Below are positions 1 through 6,507 of a stretch of DNA of 35,831 nucleotides, one piece after another. The number at the start of each line of letters is the position of its first letter. Position 1 is the stretch's first letter. The translations under genes and the position numbers were made by a program. Below the pieces are notes generated by a model that saw only the letters and a list, made by a program, of their open reading frames with translations, was not told where the DNA came from and did no database searches. The DNA is taken from positions 1 through 35,831 of the forward strand of contig JAAKFX010000002.1 of NCBI GenBank assembly GCA_011064865.1, given 5' to 3'. This DNA is from Candidatus Anoxychlamydiales bacterium. GTDB lineage: Bacteria; Chlamydiota; Chlamydiia; Chlamydiales; SM23-39.

Positions 1-1163
1 GTTGTAATGCCAGTATATAATTCTTTTAAAATAGCCTCTTTTTTAGTTCTTTTTGAAACGAGACCAAAAGCCAAAGACCTCACCAAAACTGTTGAACATT
101 GAATACCGATATTGCCAGACATTCCGGTAATTAACGGAACAAAAAACAAAACAAAGGTTAATAAAGAGCCCTCTTTTTGTTGAAAAGAAGATATAATACC
201 TACATTTATAAGCCCTGCAATTAAAGTAACGATAAGCCAGGGAGATCTTGCTAAAAATCTTTTGAGTATTGGATCTTCAAAAGAGACATTCTCATAAGTT
301 CCAGATATTTTAGCAAAAGTTTCATCTGCGACATCTTCCATAGCCTCTAATACATCTTCTTGAGATATCACACCGATTAGCTGCTCATTTTTATCTACAA
401 CAGCTAAAAATAAAAGTTTATATCTTTCAAATAAATCGATAATTTGAGCTCTTTTAGTTTCAGCGAAAGCTTTATGTAAGATTGGTCTCATTATTTGCTT
501 TAAGGTGGCTATCTCAGCGTTTACAAGCATATTTCTAGCGGGAACATACCCTTTTAACTTTTTATTTTTATTTAAAATAAAAATTCCTTTTGTAAAATCA
601 ATTCTAGGATGAACTTGAATATAATCTTTTGCATCTTTTAGAGTTTTATCCATATCAAAAGCAAAAAACTCACTTGTCATTAATCTTCCAGCAGAATTTC
701 TTGAATGCTTTTTTTGTTCTTGAATTTTTTTTGCTTTTTGAGGATTTATAAGCTCCATTACTCTTTTAAAGCGCCGCTCCGACATATCATCCAATATAAA
801 TAAAGCTTCATCAGCTGGCATTTTATCAAACAGCTTTTTAACTTCATTTTCATTCATATATCTAAATATTATTAATCTAGTCTCTGGAGTGGTATTGATA
901 ATAAAATTTATTTTAGCGTCTCTACTTGGTAGATTATCATATAAAATAGGCCTTGCATGAAATGGCAGATGAGCGGCTGCATATGCTAAATCGATAGCTG
1001 AGTGCTCAGTTGCTATTTTTACAATATCATGCAAAATTCCCCCTGATGTTTGTTTATAAAAAGCGTTTTGCAATTTTTCTTTTAAAAAATCATCTAATTT
1101 GAGGGTTTCACTCTCTACTAGATCAATTTGAGTTTTGTCATCATCACTTTTAATATTTTCCAT
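1..1163 (-). CDS. mgtE: Magnesium transporter MgtE (N-terminal and CBS parts plus first TM segments; C-terminus runs off the window start)
   Basis: Absent from the ORF track because it runs off the edge. My reverse-strand translation from ATG 1163 gives MENIKSDDDKTQ...; there is an alternative in-frame ATG at 1178. The product has a CBS-pair-like middle region and ...FVPLITGMSGNIGIQCSTV..., which matches the MgtE membrane-domain signature. A GGAG lies 9 nt upstream of the 1163 ATG. Confidence 0.8.
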   Translation of the reverse strand, partial: MENIKSDDDKTQIDLVESETLKLDDFLKEKLQNAFYKQTSGGILHDIVKIATEHSAIDLAYAAAHLPFHARPILYDNLPSRDAKINFIINTTPETRLIIFRYMNENEVKKLFDKMPADEALFILDDMSERRFKRVMELINPQKAKKIQEQKKHSRNSAGRLMTSEFFAFDMDKTLKDAKDYIQVHPRIDFTKGIFILNKNKKLKGYVPARNMLVNAEIATLKQIMRPILHKAFAETKRAQIIDLFERYKLLFLAVVDKNEQLIGVISQEDVLEAMEDVADETFAKISGTYENVSFEDPILKRFLARSPWLIVTLIAGLINVGIISSFQQKEGSLLTFVLFFVPLITGMSGNIGIQCSTVLVRSLAFGLVSKRTKKEAILKELYTGIT

Positions 1164-1321
1164 ATTCTTTGGCTCCATCAAAACAAGCTTAAAAAAATAT
1201 ATCCTTATAATACTTTATATACAAGTTTAAAAAAAATTAAAAATTGATCAAATTTTTGTATTCAAAATCAAATAAGTTATGTAATATTTGATAAAAAATT
1301 TCCAAAAAAGAGGACAAAAAT

Positions 1322-1513
1322 ATGGCAGAAACATTAGTAGTTGTAAGTAAACTAAAAAAATTGATTAAAGAAAAAGCAGGCCTTAGCACATCTCAAAGTG
1401 CAATAGATATGCTATCTCGCATAGTAGAAAAAGAGTGCATGGCTGCTGCTCAAAGAGCAAAAGAAGCTAATAGAAAAACAGTTTTGGATAGAGATTTTCC
1501 AGAAAGCAGCTAA
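1322..1513 (+). CDS. Small histone-fold DNA-binding protein (DUF1931 / bacterial histone HBb-like)
   Basis: 63 aa: MAETLVVVSKLKKLIKEKAGLSTSQSAIDMLSRIVEKECMAAAQRAKEANRKTVLDRDF.... From memory this closely resembles Bdellovibrio Bd0055 and Aquifex Aq_328-type singlet histone-fold proteins (LVV.SK.KK.IKEK...S....LS......AK..GRKTV..RD). An AGAGGA Shine-Dalgarno sequence lies upstream. Confidence 0.55.
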   Translation: MAETLVVVSKLKKLIKEKAGLSTSQSAIDMLSRIVEKECMAAAQRAKEANRKTVLDRDFPESS

Positions 1514-1573
1514 TAGATTGTTTTTTAGAAAAAGTTTTCTTTTGTGCAAAATTATAAATTGTAAAATTTCAGT

Positions 1574-2449
1574 ATGTTAAAGAAAATTAAAATATGGATA
1601 GAGGCTACAAGAGCAGAGACTCTTTTAGCATCTCTTAGTCCAATGATAATCGGAACTATTTTAGCATCGAAGGTTATCAAGATTGACTATTTTATAATGT
1701 CTTTAACATATCTATATGGAATTCTACTCCATATAGGAACTAATTTATCTAATGATTATTATGATTATTTAAAAGGAGCTGATACTAAAGATAGGATCGC
1801 TCCTTTTAGCACTATTCAAAAAGATCTAACATCGCTCACACAAATAAAATTAGCCTTTTCTATCTCTTTTTTATTAGCTTTTTTTGTAGGGCTGTTTTTA
1901 ATTCTTCAAGGCGGGATAATTACAGCTGTTTTATTTGGGTTGCCAATAATTTTTGGCTACTACTATACAGCTGGGAAAAGACCACTGGGATACATTGGTC
2001 TTGGAGAGATTTTAGTTCTTATTTTTTTTGGACCATATGCTTGTTTAGGCACATATTATCTACAAACTCTGCAAATTTCGTATCTTCCAATAATTGCGGG
2101 TCTCGGTCCTGGATTTTTAAGCGTTGCTATTTTAGTTATTAATAATTTAAGAGATATCAATGTTGATAGAGCTGCTGATAAAATAACTTTAGCTGTTAGA
2201 TTTGGAAAAAAGTTTGCTCAAAAAGAGTATATATTTAGTGTTTTTGCAGCTTTTTTAGTTCCATTTTTCTATTTTATGCTGCTTAAAAAAACGCTTATTT
2301 TAAGCGCTTCATTTTTTATATTTTTCACACCGTTTAAACTTATCTATAATTTTAAAAACCCATCACTTTTAAATGATGGGCTAAAAAAAACAGTTCTAAT
2401 TTTGATTATCTACACTATAATTTTTTGCTCAGCTCTATACTTTATTTAG
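1574..2449 (+). CDS. menA: 1,4-dihydroxy-2-naphthoate polyprenyltransferase (UbiA superfamily)
   Basis: 291-aa polytopic membrane protein with the UbiA-type motif NDYYDYLKGADTKDR (NDxxDxxxD) and a second Asp-rich region, NNLRDINVDRAADK. Length and layout are typical of MenA. Confidence 0.8.
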   Translation: MLKKIKIWIEATRAETLLASLSPMIIGTILASKVIKIDYFIMSLTYLYGILLHIGTNLSNDYYDYLKGADTKDRIAPFSTIQKDLTSLTQIKLAFSISFLLAFFVGLFLILQGGIITAVLFGLPIIFGYYYTAGKRPLGYIGLGEILVLIFFGPYACLGTYYLQTLQISYLPIIAGLGPGFLSVAILVINNLRDINVDRAADKITLAVRFGKKFAQKEYIFSVFAAFLVPFFYFMLLKKTLILSASFFIFFTPFKLIYNFKNPSLLNDGLKKTVLILIIYTIIFCSALYFI

Positions 2450-3572
2450 TCTCTATCTTTTCCGCTTCTTTAGCATTTTTATAAGTAAGACTTTTTTCTT
2501 GGACTATTATTTTGATAATATTCACAAAAATAAGGCCTAGCAAAATTGGATAACATATTTTTAAAACAGGCGCTGTTATAAATGTTATGCCGCTAAGTCC
2601 AAAAAGTGACATCACATAAGATATAAATATTGAAAAGAGAATCGATACATTTATATCTTTATTATTTTTAAAAACTTGATTTTGTAAAAAATCGCTATAG
2701 GCTACAACCAAAGCTACAGATGTTGAAAAGCAAGCAAGTACAATAGCGATAAGTGAAATAATAGAATATTTAGATCCTAAAATTATTCTAGCTAAAAAAG
2801 CTAAAAGTTGCTCTTTTTTTACTTCTAATAAATAAGGAGCGAACTTAGCAGATATAAATATCAAAATCACATAAGTAAAAGCTAAAAGAGAAATTCCAAG
2901 CACTGATGATTTTATAATCATCTTAATAGATGATGGCATAGATTTTGTCTTCTTATATAATATATGGATAACAGATGCTGAAAAGAAAAAAGATGCTATC
3001 AAATCCATAGTATTATAGCCCTCTTTTAAACTCTTAAAAAAAGAAAAATCACTTTTAGTAGAAACCAAATTCATATCAGTTTTTATACCTACAAAAAATA
3101 TGATTAAAATAGATCCGATTAAAAGTGGTGTTATTATTTTTCCTAAAATATCTAAAAACCCCATTTTTCTTTTTATCACAAAAAACACCACTAAAGAATA
3201 GATCAGAGCAAATACCCAAATAGGCCCTATGTTCACATATGTAGAAATAGATGAATATGCAAGTGCTATACATCTAGGTGCAGATCCAAGTGGTATCCAA
3301 ATTGTTAAAAGCAGCATACTAAATAAAAAACCTAACTTTTTACCGAGAATTTTAAAAAAACTTTGATAGTCCCCTTTAAATAGAACCATCGCTATAACAC
3401 CTAAAAAAGGAAGTAAAACTGCTGCCGTCAAAAACCCTAGAGCTGATCCAACCCATGTATTTGTTGAATTTGCTCCAACAAACAATGGATAAATTAAATT
3501 GCCAGATCCAAAAAACATAGCAAATAGAGCAAGTCCGATTACTACGCTTGAGTTTTTTTTTGATACACTCAT
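2442..3572 (-). CDS. brnQ: Branched-chain amino acid transport system II carrier (LIVCS family)
   Basis: 376-aa protein with about 12 TM segments. The N-terminal FAMFFGSGNLIYPLFVG matches the BrnQ signature (FFGAGNLIFPP). An AAGGAG Shine-Dalgarno sequence lies 7 nt upstream of the ATG. The 3' end overlaps convergent menA by 8 nt. Confidence 0.8.
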   Translation of the reverse strand: MSVSKKNSSVVIGLALFAMFFGSGNLIYPLFVGANSTNTWVGSALGFLTAAVLLPFLGVIAMVLFKGDYQSFFKILGKKLGFLFSMLLLTIWIPLGSAPRCIALAYSSISTYVNIGPIWVFALIYSLVVFFVIKRKMGFLDILGKIITPLLIGSILIIFFVGIKTDMNLVSTKSDFSFFKSLKEGYNTMDLIASFFFSASVIHILYKKTKSMPSSIKMIIKSSVLGISLLAFTYVILIFISAKFAPYLLEVKKEQLLAFLARIILGSKYSIISLIAIVLACFSTSVALVVAYSDFLQNQVFKNNKDINVSILFSIFISYVMSLFGLSGITFITAPVLKICYPILLGLIFVNIIKIIVQEKSLTYKNAKEAEKIETK

Positions 3573-3593
3573 TTTTTTCTCCTTTATTTCAAT

Positions 3594-3734
3594 AAAAAAA
3601 AAGACCCGCTCCCCTTTTCAAGGTGCGGGCCTCTATTGCCTTCAAGTAAAAATTTTATTTTAATACATAGGCCCGCATCTTTGCTTTTTTGTGGCAGTTG
3701 CCATAGTAGCTGAGATGAGAGCTGATATATTCAT
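3594..3734 (-). promoter_or_regulatory. brnQ 5' leader with mutually exclusive terminator and antiterminator hairpins (candidate transcription attenuator)
   Basis: Read on the minus strand, GCGGGCC (plus 3670-3676) can pair with GGCCCGC (plus 3625-3631). That same GGCCCGC can instead pair with GCGGGTC (plus 3603-3609), which is followed directly by T9 (plus 3594-3602), then the Shine-Dalgarno sequence and the brnQ ATG. A 24-codon ORF (3734..3660, MNISALISATMATATKKQRCGPMY) ends just past the first arm. Confidence 0.5.
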
Positions 3735-3967
3735 AAATATTTTATCTTTTTAATTACTCAAGAGTAGCACAAAAATGCCATAAATCAAACATAAAAAAAT
3801 TATTATATGATTTTTCCTAAATTGAAGATATTTATTAAATATTAAAAGACAATATATCTTAAATAAAAGATTTTAATAAACTCATTTTAATAAAACATTG
3901 AATTAATTGATTGTTATCGCTATTATTATTGCAATTATAACATAAAAGATATTACGGAGTAAAAAAA

Positions 3968-4546
3968 ATGTTAGAATGTTTAAATTTTAATCAACCAGTT
4001 TCTAGTTTATTCAATAGTTGTCTCAGAGAAATATCAACTAAAGCCTCTAGTGCAATTCCATACACTACTGATATAATTACAAAAACAGCTAATATAGTTC
4101 GATCTATTCCAAATTATATAGCTTATTCACCTGAAGGGGCAAAGTATATGAGATATGCTAACACTTTGATACCTGGTTTACTTTTTGTATGCTCTGGAGT
4201 TAGTTTTTATGTTTATGCTCGTAAAACAGATTCAAAATCTCAAAAAATAGCAGCTTATTTACTAGCAGCAGCAACTACTGTTTATGGAATTGCTCAAATA
4301 GTTGATTATTTAGATATTTCCAGTTGTATTGGGAAGGAAATTCAAATCAAAAAATCTGAATTTGAAAATATGTTTAAAAACGAGCCTTTACCTACTACTC
4401 TTAAAGAAGATTCATTTAAAGTTAAATATAATTTTACTACTCAACAGCCTGAGTATTCTTTCAAAACATTTATTCCTCAACCTCATTCTAGGAGATTATT
4501 TAGACATCGTGTTGCAATTCATTCAAATAGTAGCAGATGTTTCTAA
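3968..4546 (+). CDS. Inc-like membrane protein, tandem paralog 1 (bilobed hydrophobic domain)
   Basis: 192 aa. Two hydrophobic segments, NTLIPGLLFVCSGVSFYVYA and IAAYLLAAATTVYGIAQIV, are separated by the short loop RKTDSKSQK. It is clearly paralogous to 4755..5324 and 5536..6093. A GGAG Shine-Dalgarno sequence is present. Confidence 0.7.
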   Translation: MLECLNFNQPVSSLFNSCLREISTKASSAIPYTTDIITKTANIVRSIPNYIAYSPEGAKYMRYANTLIPGLLFVCSGVSFYVYARKTDSKSQKIAAYLLAAATTVYGIAQIVDYLDISSCIGKEIQIKKSEFENMFKNEPLPTTLKEDSFKVKYNFTTQQPEYSFKTFIPQPHSRRLFRHRVAIHSNSSRCF

Positions 4547-4614
4547 TTGAATATCCATATGCTATAGATATGAAAAGACTGAAATGTTCAGAAATATTTT
4601 TTATCTTTTTAATT
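4544..4614 (+). repeat. 71-nt 3'-flank repeat, copy A (after paralog 1)
   Basis: taattgaatatccatatGctatagatatgaaaagactgaaatgttcagaaatattttttatctttttaatt. It differs at a single position from 5322..5392. It contains the small hairpin CTGAA-ATG-TTCAG followed by a T-rich run. Confidence 0.85.
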
Positions 4615-4655
4615 TGATATAATTGCAACTGCACTATTATCAAATAAGTTTTATA

Positions 4656-4710
4656 AAATAAATATTTTAATATTGCTATTTCAATAAAATACATTGTATT
4701 AATTTTTTAT
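4656..4710 (+). promoter_or_regulatory. Conserved upstream block of the paralog family, copy before paralog 2 (probable promoter region)
   Basis: aaataaatattttaatattgctatttcaataaaatacattgtattaattttttat. It recurs with 4 substitutions at 5435..5489 and in a looser form at about 3861..3917, upstream of paralog 1. Confidence 0.4.
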
Positions 4711-4754
4711 TATAATTATATTGCTTCAATAAAAACAATTAAGAAGCAAAAAAA

Positions 4755-5324
4755 ATGTCATGTTTCAGTTTTAGTCAACCAGTTGCAAGTTTTGGTAATT
4801 GTCTTGGTGCAGTAGCTACTCAAGCATCAAATATATTGTCTTCTTTAACATCAAAATCTGTTTCGGAGCGCGCAACTGATTTAGTTGCAAAAACATCTCA
4901 AGCATATCAATCTATTTCAGATTATAGAACTTATTCTCCTGAAGGATCAAAGTTTATGAGATATGCTAACACTTTGGTACCCGGCGCTCTTTTTGTAGCC
5001 TCTGGAATGAATTTTGCTGTTTATGCTCATAAAACAGATTCAAAATCTCAAAAAATAGCAGCTTATTTACTAGGAGCTGCATCTATTATTTATGGGATTT
5101 CTCAAATAGTTGATTATTTAAATATTACTAGTTGTATCGGAAAAGAAATTCCAGAAAAAAAATCTGACTATGATGAAAAATTTAGAAAGATGCCTGGTAG
5201 TGTTCTTTCAGATTCTTTCATTGTTAAATATAATTCACATACTGAACAACCTGAGTATTCTTTCCTAAAATTTATAGCTAGAGATGCTGTTACAAGTGAT
5301 TCAGAAAATAGCAGATGCTTCTAA
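4755..5324 (+). CDS. Inc-like membrane protein, tandem paralog 2
   Basis: 189 aa with the same architecture as paralog 1. The first 78 nt are identical to paralog 3, and the 3' flank is nearly identical to that of paralog 1. Confidence 0.7.
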   Translation: MSCFSFSQPVASFGNCLGAVATQASNILSSLTSKSVSERATDLVAKTSQAYQSISDYRTYSPEGSKFMRYANTLVPGALFVASGMNFAVYAHKTDSKSQKIAAYLLGAASIIYGISQIVDYLNITSCIGKEIPEKKSDYDEKFRKMPGSVLSDSFIVKYNSHTEQPEYSFLKFIARDAVTSDSENSRCF

Positions 5325-5392
5325 TTGAATATCCATATACTATAGATATGAAAAGACTGAAATGTTCAGAAATATTTTTTATCTTTTTAATT
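5322..5392 (+). repeat. 71-nt 3'-flank repeat, copy B (after paralog 2)
   Basis: Matches 4544..4614 at 70 of 71 positions by direct reading. Confidence 0.85.
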
Positions 5393-5434
5393 AAATCCCG
5401 GAATCATTGAAATATTATTAAATAAAATTTTGTC

Positions 5435-5489
5435 AAATAAATATTTTAATAGTGATGTTTTAATAAAATACATTGTATTAATTTTTTAT
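5435..5489 (+). promoter_or_regulatory. Conserved upstream block of the paralog family, copy before paralog 3
   Basis: aaataaatattttaatagtgatgttttaataaaatacattgtattaattttttat. It aligns with 4656..4710. Confidence 0.4.
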
Positions 5490-5535
5490 CATTATTATAT
5501 TTATTCATCTAAAAAAAAAATTAAGGAGTAAACAA

Positions 5536-6093
5536 ATGTCATGTTTCAGTTTTAGTCAACCAGTTGCAAGTTTTGGTAATTGTCTTGGTGCAGTAGCTAC
5601 TCAAGCATCAAATGCCTTTTCTTCTTTAACATCAAAATCTGTATTAGAACACACAACTGATGTAGTTTCAAAAACAGTTCAAACGGCTCGATCTATTCCA
5701 ACTTATATAACTTATTCACCTGAAGGATCACAGTATATGAGATCTATTAACACTTTGGTACCCGGCGCTCTTTTTGTAGCCTCTGGAGCTAGTTTTATGG
5801 TTTATGCTCATAAAACAGATTCAAACTCTAAAAAAATAGCAGCTTATTTACTAGGAGCAGCATCTATTGTTTATGGAGCTTTGCAAATAGTTGATTATTT
5901 AGATATTTCTAGTTGTATCGCACAAGAAATTGAAGAGAAATTTGCAAGAGTTCAAGATCCAAAAACTTCATTTGTCCCAGATTCATTAAAAGTTGAATAT
6001 GACCCAGTAACTCAAAGACCTTTGTACTGGGCAGAAAAAACTATACGTGGAACTGACTATATTCAAACAGTTACTGGTCAAAGTAGATGTTAA
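5536..6093 (+). CDS. Inc-like membrane protein, tandem paralog 3
   Basis: 185 aa with the same bilobed hydrophobic core (LVPGALFVASGASFMVYAHKTDSNSKKIAAYLLGAASIVYGALQIV). An AAGGAG Shine-Dalgarno sequence is present, and a terminator hairpin follows at 6190-6220. Confidence 0.7.
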   Translation: MSCFSFSQPVASFGNCLGAVATQASNAFSSLTSKSVLEHTTDVVSKTVQTARSIPTYITYSPEGSQYMRSINTLVPGALFVASGASFMVYAHKTDSNSKKIAAYLLGAASIVYGALQIVDYLDISSCIAQEIEEKFARVQDPKTSFVPDSLKVEYDPVTQRPLYWAEKTIRGTDYIQTVTGQSRC

Positions 6094-6189
6094 TTCAATC
6101 ATATTATCTATATTAAGTTATGGAATATAAAATGAACGTATTATTATCGCAAATATGAAATAGCTCATACGCTTATATATTAAAACAAA

Positions 6190-6220
6190 AGCCCATCTAA
6201 AAATAGCTGGGCTTTTCTTT
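6190..6220 (+). terminator. Rho-independent terminator downstream of paralog 3
   Basis: AGCCCA-tctaaaaatagc-TGGGCT followed by TTTTCTTT. Confidence 0.55.
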
Positions 6221-6270
6221 AAAATATTATGTAAAATATTTTTATAAAAATTTTTATTAATAATTCTCAC

Positions 6271-6303
6271 AAAAATACTCCATTTTCAGTGGAGTATTTT
6301 TGC
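6271..6303. terminator. Second strong hairpin with flanking A- and T-runs (orphan, bidirectional-looking terminator)
   Basis: AAAAATACTCCA-ttttcag-TGGAGTATTTTT. The perfect stem is about 9 bp. It lies about 60 nt after the first terminator, and no ORF ends here. Confidence 0.4.
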
Positions 6304-6507
6304 TTGAAAAATCTTATATTTTTTATATAAAACTTTTTTTTAAAAAGAATACATATTGTCTTATTATGTTCTTAATATAAGAAATTTTAATTTGAAAAAT
6401 AAAGGATTTTATTGTAAAAATTTTACTATACGACAATTTAAAAAATGCTAATTAATTGAGAAAAATTGCGCTTCATCTTATAATGGGGCAAGTAAAAGTA
6501 AAAATAT

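Noticed and set aside
3076-3273. A 65-aa minus-strand ORF in the track, lying inside brnQ.
   Set aside because: It sits in a different frame, entirely within the well-supported brnQ coding region. Its composition is a low-complexity, AT-driven artefact, and it has no Shine-Dalgarno sequence.
3594-3780. The brnQ leader considered as a T-box riboswitch.
   Set aside because: Branched-chain amino acid genes are often T-box regulated in Firmicutes. However, I cannot find the conserved T-box sequence (AAnnnGGGUGGnACCGCG), an AGAGA or GNUGGA stem I motif, or a specifier loop. I therefore report it only as a generic terminator/antiterminator switch.
4329-4694. ORFs 4329..4550 (+) and 4500..4694 (-), overlapping the end of paralog 1 and its 3' flank.
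   Set aside because: The first is an alternative frame of a gene whose own frame is confirmed by two paralogs. The second is antisense and spans the conserved non-coding repeat. Both have Leu/Ile/Lys-rich products typical of random AT-rich frames.
4526-6093. The C-terminal ...SRCF / ...SRC of the paralogs considered as a CaaX prenylation box.
   Set aside because: A CaaX box needs three residues after the Cys, and Rab-type motifs need CC or CXC. Here the Cys is the last or penultimate residue. It is reported only as a conserved terminal cysteine, not as a prenylation site.
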